DNA from: an uncultured Candidatus Peribacteria bacterium
GTDB taxonomy: Bacteria; Patescibacteriota; Gracilibacteria; Peribacterales; Peribacteraceae
Reading direction: 5' to 3'
DNA length: 60,071 nucleotides
Assembly (NCBI GenBank): GCA_964515645.1
Contig: CAZEVM010000001.1
Span: forward strand, 1 to 60,071
Under the pieces are notes generated by a model. That model searched no databases. It worked only from the letters and a program-made list of their open reading frames with translations, and was not told the origin of the DNA. Positions 8,710 through 20,468 of this stretch are shown piece after piece. Within the stretch, counting starts at the first letter, position 1. Every line of letters starts with the position of its first letter. A program made the position numbers and the translations under genes.

Positions 8710-8734
8710 AGCCGCCCGACCGGGGCGGCTTTTT
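8710..8734 (+). terminator. intrinsic terminator
   Basis: AGCCGCCC-GACCG-GGGCGGCT followed by TTTT. Confidence 0.75.
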
Positions 8735-8830
8735 CGTGGCGAGGGGTTTTTTGGCCAGAAAGCCACGTTGCTCTTGTATTTTCCTTATATTCAACGAATA
8801 ATGCCCGCGCACAATTTTCCTCTTTTCCTC

Positions 8831-11474
<2,644 letters not shown>

Positions 11475-11497
11475 TTCTTACGAATCAACCGCAAAAA

Positions 11498-11524
11498 AAC
11501 CGGGGCACCGCCTCGGTTTTTTTG
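11498..11524 (+). terminator. intrinsic terminator of eno
   Basis: AACCGGGG-CACCG-CCTCGGTT (one G-U pair) followed by a T-run. Confidence 0.65.
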
Positions 11525-11547
11525 TGTCCGGGCCTATACTAGCGGCG

Positions 11548-12429
11548 ATGACTCCCCTGCCCCACCGCTTCGGCTACCAATCCATGGGCACCACGTGGGA
11601 GGTGACCGTCTGGGACGACGTGCCGGTCGCCCGCATCGAGACGATGAAAGAGAAGATCATGGCCGATTCGACGGCTTTCGACGCTGCCTTCTCGCGCTTC
11701 AAGCAGGATTCCGTTGTCTGGCGCCTCACGCGCGAGACTGGCGTCCAGGAGGTACCATCCGATTTGGTGGCCATGCTCCGCCTCTACGAGAAGCTGGAAC
11801 GGCTCTCGAAGGGGAGAGTGAACCCGCTCATTGGCTTCACCATCAGCGACATGGGCTATGACGAGACGTATTCGCTCCAGGCGAAGGACGTCATCCGCCC
11901 CGTCCCTCCCCTCCCCCAGACGTTGCGCCTCATCGACGATACGCACATCGAACTCTCTCAACCGGCGCTCATCGATGTTGGCGCGGTGGGCAAAGGGTAC
12001 TTCGTCGACAAGATCTCGGAGTACCTGGAAGCCGAAGGCCTGCAGCACTTCCTCGTGAACGGCAGCGGTGACGTGCGCTATCGCACCGACGGCGAAACAC
12101 TGCGGGCCGGCCTGGAACACCCCGGCGATCCCACCAAGGTGATCGGCGTCGTGAGCATCGGCAATGGCGCCATGTGCGGCTCGGCCGGCAATCGTCGGCG
12201 CTGGGACAAATATCACCACACCATTAATCCCCTGACGCTTACGTCTCCCGACGAGGTGATCGCCACCTGGGTGCGGGCCTCGAGCGCGGCCGTAGCCGAT
12301 GGCTTGGCCACGGCGATGTTCCTCTGTGAGCCGGCGGACTTTGCCGGCGACTTCGATTTTGAGTGCTGCCTCCTCAACAAGGAGTTCCGTGTGCGCCAGT
12401 CGTCGGGGTTCGGCGCCAAGCTGTTCTAA
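11548..12429 (+). CDS. apbE: FAD:protein FMN transferase
   Basis: Distal part of ORF 11305..12429. ATG 11548 lies 7 nt after TATACT (leaderless). Motifs MGTTWEV, AVGKGYFVDKI, ADGLATAMF. Confidence 0.85.
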   Translation: MTPLPHRFGYQSMGTTWEVTVWDDVPVARIETMKEKIMADSTAFDAAFSRFKQDSVVWRLTRETGVQEVPSDLVAMLRLYEKLERLSKGRVNPLIGFTISDMGYDETYSLQAKDVIRPVPPLPQTLRLIDDTHIELSQPALIDVGAVGKGYFVDKISEYLEAEGLQHFLVNGSGDVRYRTDGETLRAGLEHPGDPTKVIGVVSIGNGAMCGSAGNRRRWDKYHHTINPLTLTSPDEVIATWVRASSAAVADGLATAMFLCEPADFAGDFDFECCLLNKEFRVRQSSGFGAKLF

Positions 12430-12430
12430 C

Positions 12431-12455
12431 AAAAAGCCCCGCCGTGAGGCAGGGC
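12431..12455 (-). terminator. terminator of the FMN-binding lipoprotein gene (shared with apbE)
   Basis: The minus strand reads GCCCTGCC-TCAC-GGCGGGGC followed by TTTTTGTT. Confidence 0.6.
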
Positions 12456-12482
12456 CCTTGTTCGGAGTCGGAAGATGCGAGA

Positions 12483-12992
12483 TTAGGCGGAAGCCTCAGC
12501 CTTGATCTTGGCGACGGCGTCCATGAAGCCCTTGGGCGTCAGGGAGGAGCCGTTGATCACGCCGAGTGACAGGCTGTCGATCGACTTGCCAACCACGGCT
12601 GCTTCGTAGCCAGAACCAAACTTGGCCTGGAAATCCTTGCTCTTGCCCATCTTGGCCATGCCCTCGTAGGTAGCGGCGGTGATGATGCCGTCCTTGAGCG
12701 TGAGCGAGATCTGAATCTCATCGTTGCCGGCGGGCGACTTGTACTCGCCGGTGGCGGAGTAGGTGCCGTCCTTGTAGGACTTGGCAGCCATCGGCTCGGA
12801 GCTGCTGCTCATGGCCGAGGGGGCCGGGACGCGCGTGCGGGTGCGGGACGACGACGAGGAGGGCATGGCGCCATTGGCGTCGTCACTGTCGCCCACGGCA
12901 GAACAACCGACCAACAGGACGGTGAGCGCGGCCAGGGCCAGGGCGGGCGTCAAGGCGCGGGAGAATTCAGAGCGGCGGGCGGAGAGGGACAT
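12483..12992 (-). CDS. lipoprotein with FMN-binding (FMN_bind-like) domain
   Basis: ORF 12483..12992. Lipobox LLVGC, Ser-rich linker, then YKDGTYSATGEYKSPAGNDEIQISLTLKDGII...INGSSLTPKGFMDAVAKI, resembling FMN_bind domains. Convergent with apbE. Confidence 0.65.
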   Translation of the reverse strand: MSLSARRSEFSRALTPALALAALTVLLVGCSAVGDSDDANGAMPSSSSSRTRTRVPAPSAMSSSSEPMAAKSYKDGTYSATGEYKSPAGNDEIQISLTLKDGIITAATYEGMAKMGKSKDFQAKFGSGYEAAVVGKSIDSLSLGVINGSSLTPKGFMDAVAKIKAEASA

Positions 12993-13163
12993 GGAAAAAC
13001 GGGAATCGAAATAAGCGCGAGGAGAATACCTGAGAATGATTAAGAGATCCTTAAGAAATGGTATGGCGAGGCCATTTTCTGAGCGGAAGCGCTAGATGCA
13101 AAATGTGCCGGGACCGTTGCGAAATCGTTGGGTGTCCGATCGTCCTCGCGTATCATCGGGTCG

Positions 13164-14843
13164 ATGGCGGACAATATTGCATCGGCCACTCTGACGTCCT
13201 GCCAGGAGAAGGCACTCGACATGCTCGAGCGCGAGGGAAACATTTTCCTCACCGGCGCGGCCGGCACCGGCAAAAGTTTCCTCTTGAATCGCTATTTGGC
13301 CGATAAGCCCACGGAGCTCTTTCCCATCGTCGCCAGCACGGGCGCGGCGGCGGTGCTGGTGGGTGGCCGCACATTCCACAGTTTTTTCGGGCTGGGCATT
13401 ATGGAGGGCGGTATCGACGCGACGGTGGCCCGCGCCACGCGCAGTCCCAAATTGGTGCGGCGCTTGCTCACCGCGGCCTGTGTCATCATCGATGAAGTCT
13501 CGATGCTCTCGGGTACCACGCTGCTCGCCGCCGAACGGGTCGCCCGTACGGTGCGCGGCAAGAACGAGCCATGGGGCGGGCTCCGCATCATCGCGGTCGG
13601 CGACTTTGCGCAGCTGCCGCCGGTGACGCCCGGTGCGCAGGTGAAGGATTGGGCCTTCCTGCATCCGGTTTGGCGCGAGAGCAATTTCCAGCCGGCGCTG
13701 CTCTCTACCGTCATGCGCACGCGCGACGGCGAGTTCCTCGACGTGCTCAACCTGGTGCGGGCCGGCGCGGCCAACGAACAGGTGCGCGCTTTCCTTGAGG
13801 AACGTCTCGTAGACGATACGGAGTTCATCGAAGGGACGCGTCTCTACGCGCACCGCCATTCGGCCGAGAGCTACAACTTGCACCGTCTTGCTTCGCTCGG
13901 CGGCGAGGAGCGGAGTTTCCCGACGCTCTATGAAGGCGACGAGCGGTCGGTGGAGACGGCCAAAAAGTCGATGCCCGTGCCCGACATCCTCCAGTTGAAG
14001 AAGGGCGCGCTCGTGATGATGCGCAAGAATGATGTCTCCGAGGAGCGGCTCTTCGTGAACGGCAGTCTCGGCCATGTGACTGGCATTGCGGAGGAGGTGC
14101 TGACGATTCGCCTGCTCACCGGCCCGGAGATTGAGGTGGAGAAGCAGAAATTCTCTGCGCTCGACGGCGACGGGCGCGAACTCGCCGCCGCGTGGAACTT
14201 CCCCGTGACGCTGGCCTGGGCCACCACCATCCACAAGGCTCAGGGGACGTCGCTCGATTCGCTCATTGTCGATCTCTCGGCCCTCTGGGAGCCCGGCCAG
14301 GCCTACGTGGCCATGAGTCGCGTGCGTTCCGGCGCCGGCCTTCACGTGGAGCGTTGGCAGGCCTCATCCATCCGCGCCGAGCCGCTCGTCACGCAGTTTT
14401 ACGATTCGCTGGCAGTGGAGATGGAGCGCTACGTGCCGCGCGCGTTCTTCGCGCCCGTCGACCTGCGCCAGCGCGAGGCGGAGCCGGATGAAGAGCAGGA
14501 AGTTCGAAGGATGGCCAAACGCAGCGCTGCCAAGGCAAAGAAGCGCGCCACCGACTTGCTCAGTCTTGTGCGCGAACGCGCCTCCCTTCAGGAGATGGTC
14601 GACGCCACCGGCTATAAGGCTGATCGCCTGCCGCTGCATTTGGAGAAGCTGCTGCGCCAGGGGGAGATGTTCTCGCTTCAGCACCTCATCGAAGACGTGC
14701 CGTCGCTGGGTGCTATCCGCGAGGCCTTCGAGACCTGTGGCCTCGCTAAATTGAAACCGGCGTACGAGCACCTCCGTGAGGAAGTGGATTACGACACACT
14801 GCGCCTGGTGCGCTGCGCGATGCTGGCGGAACAGGCGGCCTGA
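13164..14843 (+). CDS. PIF1/RecD-like SF1 DNA helicase with C-terminal helical extension
   Basis: ORF 13128..14843. ATG 13164 lies 7 nt after TATCAT. Motifs GAAGTGKS, IIDEVSM, VGDFAQLPPV, TIHKAQGTSLD, AYVAMSRV. Confidence 0.85.
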   Translation: MADNIASATLTSCQEKALDMLEREGNIFLTGAAGTGKSFLLNRYLADKPTELFPIVASTGAAAVLVGGRTFHSFFGLGIMEGGIDATVARATRSPKLVRRLLTAACVIIDEVSMLSGTTLLAAERVARTVRGKNEPWGGLRIIAVGDFAQLPPVTPGAQVKDWAFLHPVWRESNFQPALLSTVMRTRDGEFLDVLNLVRAGAANEQVRAFLEERLVDDTEFIEGTRLYAHRHSAESYNLHRLASLGGEERSFPTLYEGDERSVETAKKSMPVPDILQLKKGALVMMRKNDVSEERLFVNGSLGHVTGIAEEVLTIRLLTGPEIEVEKQKFSALDGDGRELAAAWNFPVTLAWATTIHKAQGTSLDSLIVDLSALWEPGQAYVAMSRVRSGAGLHVERWQASSIRAEPLVTQFYDSLAVEMERYVPRAFFAPVDLRQREAEPDEEQEVRRMAKRSAAKAKKRATDLLSLVRERASLQEMVDATGYKADRLPLHLEKLLRQGEMFSLQHLIEDVPSLGAIREAFETCGLAKLKPAYEHLREEVDYDTLRLVRCAMLAEQAA

Positions 14844-14844
14844 C

Positions 14845-15207
14845 TCAAGCGCGCTTCCAAGTCTGAGCGGTCAGCCCGGCCGTGAAGAGGAAGAGCGATA
14901 CGTCGCGGACAAAGACGTCCGAGAACCCTTCGCCCTCAAAGACGATGAGGCAGAGTTCGAGCAGCGTGAGGGCGGCGATGAGCGTCCAGAAGCGCGGCCA
15001 GATGCCCGAGAGCACGCCGAGCGCGGTGACGATCAGGACGACTGCGTGCAGCTGCACGAGCAAGGCGAGCGGCGCGATGGCCGACATGTAGCCGGGTACG
15101 TAGGTGCTCCACATTTCGGGCTCCTGGAGTTCCCAGACGCCGAAGGCGATGAAGCAGAAGGCGACGCCGAGGCGAGCCAAGAAGATGGACAAGGTGGGGA
15201 GCTGCAT
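14845..15207 (-). CDS. small integral membrane protein (DoxX-like?)
   Basis: Distal 120 aa of ORF 14845..15570, starting MQLPTLSIFLARLGVAFCFIAFGVWE. Four hydrophobic helices. The upstream part of the ORF looks non-coding. Confidence 0.6.
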   Translation of the reverse strand: MQLPTLSIFLARLGVAFCFIAFGVWELQEPEMWSTYVPGYMSAIAPLALLVQLHAVVLIVTALGVLSGIWPRFWTLIAALTLLELCLIVFEGEGFSDVFVRDVSLFLFTAGLTAQTWKRA

Positions 15208-15285
15208 GCGGCCCACTCTATGCCTCGCCTTGGCCCCATCAAGCAAAAACGCTAGCATCGAGGCCTGATCTCCTCCCCTTTCATC

Positions 15286-15774
15286 ATGCGCCGCACCCTG
15301 TCTATTCTTTCGCTTGCTGCCGTTCTTTTGACCGCTTGCGGTTCTGGAGACCGCGCCGCCGTCGAGGCCTACCTCTCCCAGACCGAGCCGGTCGCGATCG
15401 AGCTCTCGGAGACGGGTTCGCGCTTCGAGACGCTGATGAATGTGCAGGCAGACGCCTTGAGCTGGACCGAGGCCGAGAAGACCGAGCTGAAGGACATCCT
15501 CGCCGACATGCAGACCTTGAAGGCTCGCACCGAGGCCCTGACCGTGCCGAGCGAACTCACGACCATCCATGCCCTGATGCCCCAGGCCGTCGGCAAGATG
15601 ATCGACGCCATTAAGATCGTGGAAGCCATGGCCGATGATCCGTCTAAGGCCAGCGAAGAACAGCTCAACATCGCCGTCGCCAAGACTGAAGAAGGCGGCA
15701 CCTTGGCCGAGCAGTATGTGACGCGTTTGGGTGAGTATCTGAAGAACACGTATCCCGACCTGCTCGAGGCCTGA
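15286..15774 (+). CDS. lipoprotein, unknown function
   Basis: ORF 15286..15774. Signal peptide plus lipobox LLTAC; helical Glu/Ala/Leu-rich body. Confidence 0.65.
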   Translation: MRRTLSILSLAAVLLTACGSGDRAAVEAYLSQTEPVAIELSETGSRFETLMNVQADALSWTEAEKTELKDILADMQTLKARTEALTVPSELTTIHALMPQAVGKMIDAIKIVEAMADDPSKASEEQLNIAVAKTEEGGTLAEQYVTRLGEYLKNTYPDLLEA

Positions 15775-15790
15775 GCGCTATACTCGGTCC

Positions 15791-16156
15791 ATGGATCGAG
15801 CCGAGTTTGAGCGTATCGCCCGCGAGACCATCGATGCCCTGCCGGAAGCCATCCGCGCCCGCGTGCAAGACGTGGCCATCGTCATCGATGACCGCGAACC
15901 GCCCAAGCGCGGTAAGCTCCTGCTCGGCCTCTACGAAGGCGTGCCCATCACCGAGTGGGGCCGCGATCAACTCGTGACCTTACCCGACAAGATTACTCTG
16001 TTCTCGCAGGCCATCATCGAATCCACCGAGAATGATGACGAGATCCCACAAGCCATCCGCGAGACGCTCTGGCATGAAATCGCACATTTCTTCGGCTTTG
16101 AGCACGACAAGATTGATGAGATGGAAGCGCGTTGGCAGCGCAGGTATAACGCTTAG
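15791..16156 (+). CDS. zincin-like metallopeptidase-family protein (HExxH)
   Basis: ORF 15791..16156. [11 protein letters not shown] motif near the C-terminus. TATACT ends 6 nt before the ATG. Confidence 0.7.
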   Translation: MDRAEFERIARETIDALPEAIRARVQDVAIVIDDREPPKRGKLLLGLYEGVPITEWGRDQLVTLPDKITLFSQAIIESTENDDEIPQAIRETLWHEIAHFFGFEHDKIDEMEARWQRRYNA

Positions 16157-16671
16157 GCGGCTTTCTTGAGCACATCTATCGCTTTCGCCGCGCCAGCGAA
16201 CTCTTTGACCTTTACCCACTTACCTTTCTCGAGCTCCTTGTAGTGTGTGAAGAAGTGGCGAATCTTCTCGCGCGTCGGTGTATCGAGATCGGTCACGTCG
16301 TGAATGTCGTCGTACCAGCGGTCCACGTCGTGCGCGGGCACGGCCAAGATTTTCTCGTCGCCGCCGGCTTCATCTTCCATTTCGAGCAGTCCCACCGGAC
16401 GCGCCTTCACGACGCATCCCGGCATCACCGGCTGGGCCGAAATGAGCACCACATCGACGGGGTCGCCGTCGGCGGCCTTGGTATCTGGCACGAAGCCGTA
16501 GTTGAACGGGTACACCATCGAGGTGTGCAAGAAGCGGTCGACGAAGAGCACGCCCGAGGTTTTATCGAGCTCGTACTTAATGGAAGAACCCTGCGGGATC
16601 TCGATGAGCACGGGCATCTCGGCCGGGAATGACTCGGAGCGGAGGTGGAGTAGGCTCGGGGCGGACTTCAT
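16153..16671 (-). CDS. ppa: inorganic pyrophosphatase (family I)
   Basis: ORF 16153..16671. [35 protein letters not shown]. Confidence 0.95.
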   Translation of the reverse strand: MKSAPSLLHLRSESFPAEMPVLIEIPQGSSIKYELDKTSGVLFVDRFLHTSMVYPFNYGFVPDTKAADGDPVDVVLISAQPVMPGCVVKARPVGLLEMEDEAGGDEKILAVPAHDVDRWYDDIHDVTDLDTPTREKIRHFFTHYKELEKGKWVKVKEFAGAAKAIDVLKKAA

Positions 16672-16788
16672 GCGTGGGTGGAAGAAATTGGGACAATAAC
16701 CATACGCATAAACCCTTCGGCAATCCAGGGTTTACCCGAGAATTTCCGCTTCTTTGCGCACGCAACGAGGCAGGCGGAGAATTCGGGC

Positions 16789-17373
16789 GTGACCAAGCTC
16801 CTGCGTTCCACCTCCATCCACACGACCCTCGTCGTCTGCGGCATTGTGATCGGCACGGGCGCGCTGCTCACCCTGATGGGGCGCATCCCCTGGTGCACCT
16901 GCGGCGTCGGCCTTTGGACGTCGTCCGCTTGGTCGAGCGAGACGTCGCAGATGCTCGCCGATCCCTACAGCTTCTCGCACGTGCTGCACGGCATCCTGTT
17001 CTTCTGGCTGCTCCGTTGGATCTGGCCGCGCTTCTCGTTGCGTCGGCTACTGGTTATCGCGCTGCTCATCGAGGTGGGCTGGGAGCTCTTCGAGAACTCG
17101 CCGTTCATCATCGAGCGCTACCGCGCCAACACCGCCTCGCTCGACTACTTCGGTGACAGCGTACTCAATTCCCTCGGCGACCTGTTCTCGGAAATGATCG
17201 GCTTCTGGCTGGCCTGGAAACTCCGCTGGCGCTGGGCGCTACTGCTCTTCATCGCCGTCGAGCTTCTCATGCTGGCGCTCTACCGCGACAATCTCACGTT
17301 GAACGTGCTGATGATTGTCTGGCCGCTGGGGGCCATCAAGGAGTGGCAGATCGCCGGGCACGCGCTCAGTTGA
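16789..17373 (+). CDS. DUF2585/UPF0314-like membrane protein
   Basis: ORF 16678..17373. GTG 16789 preceded by GGCGGAGA. ADPYSFSHVLHGILFFWLL and the multi-TM profile resemble DUF2585. The start is uncertain. Confidence 0.65.
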   Translation: MTKLLRSTSIHTTLVVCGIVIGTGALLTLMGRIPWCTCGVGLWTSSAWSSETSQMLADPYSFSHVLHGILFFWLLRWIWPRFSLRRLLVIALLIEVGWELFENSPFIIERYRANTASLDYFGDSVLNSLGDLFSEMIGFWLAWKLRWRWALLLFIAVELLMLALYRDNLTLNVLMIVWPLGAIKEWQIAGHALS

Positions 17374-17376
17374 GTC

Positions 17377-18411
17377 TCACTGCCGGGGCGTTGCTGGGGT
17401 TGTCAGGCTCGTCCGGAAAAACTCGGCCGTCTTCCGCATGAAGTCATTCCATTGCGGGCCGAATTCGTGGGCTTCGCCGGGATACTCGACGTACGTCACC
17501 TCGCGGCCAGCGGCGGTGAGGTTCTTGGCAAGATCGTCGGACCACGCCTTGGGCACGTCCTTGTCGGCGCTGCCCTGGAAGAGCGTGATTGGCGCTTGAA
17601 TGCGGCTTAAGTACGTCTTCGGTGAGAAGAGGTCCCAGCGCTCAGGGTTCGTCTCGCGCGTGCCGAACTCGGCCACGGTGCGGTCGCCTTCGTCGCGCTC
17701 GGAACGCCAGCGCGAGAAGTTCTCCCACACGTCGGCGTTCACTGGGGCGTAGAGCACGGCGGCCGAGACGAGGTCGGGCCGGCCGGTGAGCACCGCGAGC
17801 GTGACGCCGCCGCCGAGCGAGTGGCCTATCATGCCGACACGTGAGGCATCGACACCAGGGAGGTTTGCGGCGCGCAGGGCATTCACCGCATTAGCGCTGT
17901 CCATCGCGTACTCCAGATTGGCGTCGTACACGTTCTCGGTCATCGGGCTTTCATCGGAGCCGGCGTGGCCGCGGTAATCGGTGTGCAACACCACGAAGCC
18001 CTGGCGCGCGAGATAGTCCTGCTCACGCTTCAGTCCCCTCCCCTGCGTGTAGACCGATGGCGCAATGTAGCCATGGTTCAGGATGAGCGCCGGGAATGGA
18101 CCGTCACCCTTGGGAATATTCAAGATGCCCGTGATCTTCAGGCCATTGCTGAGATAGTGGATGTTGTAGCGCGTGTAGGCCTCGTTCTCGACGACGACGG
18201 CATCGAGCGTCAGCCCGGTGCCGACGAGGCGCATCGTCGAGAAGTGGTCGATAGTGAGTGACGATGGCAGTTGCTCGAGCGGTGCTTCGGAAGATGACGA
18301 GTACGTGGATGCAGCACTGGCGCTCGACGAAGATCCGACTGACACTGGGTCGGTCGAAGGGGGTATGGTGCAGGCGGTGAGGAGGGCGGTGACTAGGATG
18401 AGGTGTTTCAC
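17377..18411 (-). CDS. secreted alpha/beta hydrolase (S9 / dienelactone-hydrolase-like lipoprotein)
   Basis: ORF 17377..18411, GTG start 6 nt after TACTCT. Lipobox LLTAC, nucleophile elbow GHSLGGG, late His in GEAHEF. Confidence 0.8.
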   Translation of the reverse strand: MKHLILVTALLTACTIPPSTDPVSVGSSSSASAASTYSSSSEAPLEQLPSSLTIDHFSTMRLVGTGLTLDAVVVENEAYTRYNIHYLSNGLKITGILNIPKGDGPFPALILNHGYIAPSVYTQGRGLKREQDYLARQGFVVLHTDYRGHAGSDESPMTENVYDANLEYAMDSANAVNALRAANLPGVDASRVGMIGHSLGGGVTLAVLTGRPDLVSAAVLYAPVNADVWENFSRWRSERDEGDRTVAEFGTRETNPERWDLFSPKTYLSRIQAPITLFQGSADKDVPKAWSDDLAKNLTAAGREVTYVEYPGEAHEFGPQWNDFMRKTAEFFRTSLTTPATPRQ

Positions 18412-18548
18412 ATCGTCAGAGTAGCAGTCCCCTCTTTTTAAACGGGGGTGTGTTCGAATGATGGCTGACTAGATTGCCACCATCGCGTTTCATTCACTGC
18501 AATTTGATTTCATCTTGTGGAAGTCATAAATCTGCACTTGGCTAAATG

Positions 18549-18577
18549 TTGACTAATCTGCGTAATATTACTATATA
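18549..18577 (+). promoter_or_regulatory. sigma70-type promoter of family gene 1
   Basis: TTGACT-17 nt-TATATA in an AT-rich patch. Confidence 0.5.
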
Positions 18578-18600
18578 TAAAGATGTTCTTTGAGAACATT

Positions 18601-18716
18601 GGCAAGGTTTAGAAGAGACAAGCACTCTACGCATCGCCAGTGCTTAGGGCGCTTGTCTCACTTCCGAGACAGCGCGGTAACTGATCATTCGGTATTCACC
18701 TGAAAGGAGTGCGACC
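18601..18716 (+). promoter_or_regulatory. conserved structured 5' leader, copy 1
   Basis: GGCAAGGTT, then stem GAGACAAGCAC(18615-18625)/GCGCTTGTCTC(18649-18659), then CATTCGGTATTCAC and an AAGGAG SD. Homologous to 20469-20625(c) and 50393-50515. Confidence 0.5.
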
Positions 18717-19280
18717 ATGAGTCGTACGCAACAACTGAAGTCCGAAGACGCGTCCTTGGGTCTGGCTCACGAGCACGTTTGCACTGATGCTGCGATGCAA
18801 GCCTTGATGGCAGCCGTCAAAAAAGGCGTCCAATGCGAGAACGGAGTCTACCGGTTCTTCGACCCTGGCATTCCGCTCGTCGTGCTGCGAGACCTGTTGG
18901 CTCGGCAAGAGAAACTTTTCTATGCCCAGGACTGGTACGACCAGTACGACTGGGCGAAGCGCGAGGATGCTCCGCAGGAGCGGACTCTCCGGATTCCGGT
19001 CGAAGGTTCCTTCAACAAGGCCTTCGCCGATCAGAAAAAGCTTCTGACTGCCGACGAAGAAGTGGCCTCAACGCGCACCGTCGCCATGTTCCTCGTCATC
19101 ACAGTGCTGTCGACTGGCAAGCGTCTCTTGCCGGATCGTTACGTGTGTTGCATCGACAAGGACTCGGACAGTAGTCGCGTCATCGTGGGCTTCTTCGATG
19201 CCGACGACCTGCACGTGTACTACAACGCGGATAAATTCTGCCATCCGCATATCGGGGTAGCAGCCGCTCGGAAGTCCTGA
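18717..19280 (+). CDS. hypothetical protein, paralog family member 1 (187 aa)
   Basis: ORF 18717..19280 with strong SD. Shares colinear blocks with 19767..20468(c) and 50516..51055. Confidence 0.7.
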   Translation: MSRTQQLKSEDASLGLAHEHVCTDAAMQALMAAVKKGVQCENGVYRFFDPGIPLVVLRDLLARQEKLFYAQDWYDQYDWAKREDAPQERTLRIPVEGSFNKAFADQKKLLTADEEVASTRTVAMFLVITVLSTGKRLLPDRYVCCIDKDSDSSRVIVGFFDADDLHVYYNADKFCHPHIGVAAARKS

Positions 19281-19356
19281 ACATTGACCTCTTGAAGGCT
19301 TGCCTTCTTGCCTGCCCGCCGAAGCTCGATTTGGAGTGAAGGTGGGAATTCTTACA

Positions 19357-19386
19357 CCTCCGCGACATTTTCGCGGAGGGTTTTTA
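19357..19386 (+). terminator. intrinsic terminator
   Basis: CCTCCGCGA-CATTT-TCGCGGAGG followed by GTTTTT. Confidence 0.75.
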
Positions 19387-19435
19387 AAAAGCACTCCATA
19401 CGTGCCTTACTCTTGCAAGCGGAGTGGCGGTTCCG

Positions 19436-19678
19436 TCTCGCGGCGATGAGGGAAGTTTGGTCGAACGCCGGCACATCGGCTGTGCCCTGCAGTAACGGCT
19501 CGCCTTGGTGCACGATGACGCCGGCATCCATGACGTAGATGCTTTGGGCAGAAGGTAGCGCCCACACGTTGCGATGCACCCCCACCTTGCGGAGGCACTC
19601 GGCGAGCAACGGAAGGCCCCCCTGTTTTCGGTCGATTGGCCATGGCGAAGCGTATGGCTGCCTGCAGTGTTTCTTGAG
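19436..19678 (-). pseudogene. C-terminal remnant of an ABC-transporter ATPase
   Basis: Own minus-strand translation: ...PIDRKQGGLPLLAECLRKVGVHRNVWALPSAQSIYVMDAGVIVHQGEPLLQG. It resembles the D-loop/H-loop/C-terminal region of ABC ATPases. Walker A and the signature motif are absent. Confidence 0.4.
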
Positions 19679-19705
19679 CTGTTATAGTCTCAGAATAGCA
19701 AGGTT

Positions 19706-19737
19706 CTGAAAAATACCCTCGCGACGGATCGCGAGGG
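19706..19737 (-). terminator. intrinsic terminator of family gene 2
   Basis: The minus strand reads CCCTCGCGA-TCCG-TCGCGAGGG followed by TATTTTTC. Confidence 0.7.
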
Positions 19738-19766
19738 TACAAATGTTTGTTGCTTGCACGTCAGAT

Positions 19767-20468
19767 TCAGATTTTCTGCGCGGCGGACAACCAGACACGG
19801 TCATTGCGGTAGCCATCTGCGTCGAAGTTGACGCACGCGCGACCATCGTGGACCGTAAATACGGTGCGGTAGTCGTAGTCGTCAGGCAGTATTTCCGCGC
19901 AACGGCACCAGTTGTTGTTCAAGAGATCGTTGTCGGTCGCCACCAGGTGGACGAGCAGTGCCGTCGTAGCAACAGTAACAGGCGCAGGCTGGAGTGTTTT
20001 GTCGAACGTCTTGAGGTGGCTCACCTGTTCATTCCAACTCTTCCCGTTCGAGTTGGGGACGTAGAGCAGGACTCTGTAGTAGCCGGGTTTCGCCGTCTCG
20101 ATCATCTTGTTGTCGTACCATTTATTGTCCTGCTGCATTCGCAAGCAGCTGCGGAGCGTGGTCAGATCCCATCCGCCGTAGTAGATGACGATTTCGCCGT
20201 CACGCGCTTTTGGCACGGGATCGCTGTTATTGCAGTGCAGACCGAGGAGGCGGCTGGTCATGGCAGCGCTGTAGACGATGCCGGTACCCATCGAAATGGG
20301 CTTCGCTGCGCCGGGAAACGCGGTCACGATGTGTTGCAGTTCACTGAGCTCTAAGTTGAGCATCTTTAGCCAGTTGTCGGGCGTGAGTCCGGCTTCTTGT
20401 AATCTCTTGAGTCCCGTCGTTATCTTTTTCTGCGGGAGACTCGTGAGGCTCGTACTTTTCGTCTGCAT
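19767..20468 (-). CDS. hypothetical protein, paralog family member 2 (233 aa)
   Basis: ORF 19767..20555. ATG 20468 (MQTKSTSL) is preferred because it has an AGGA SD and the upstream TTG start lies inside the leader hairpin. Confidence 0.7.
   Translation of the reverse strand: MQTKSTSLTSLPQKKITTGLKRLQEAGLTPDNWLKMLNLELSELQHIVTAFPGAAKPISMGTGIVYSAAMTSRLLGLHCNNSDPVPKARDGEIVIYYGGWDLTTLRSCLRMQQDNKWYDNKMIETAKPGYYRVLLYVPNSNGKSWNEQVSHLKTFDKTLQPAPVTVATTALLVHLVATDNDLLNNNWCRCAEILPDDYDYRTVFTVHDGRACVNFDADGYRNDRVWLSAAQKI

Noticed and set aside
18441-18475. Possible tRNA-Gln 3' remnant (ttcgaatgatggctg versus tRNA ttcgaatggcggctc) that would delimit an island from 18.4 kb to tRNA-Gln.
   Set aside because: The match is only about 12 nt and corresponds to an internal tRNA segment, not the 3' end. 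The acceptor/CCA part is absent. This is too weak to call.
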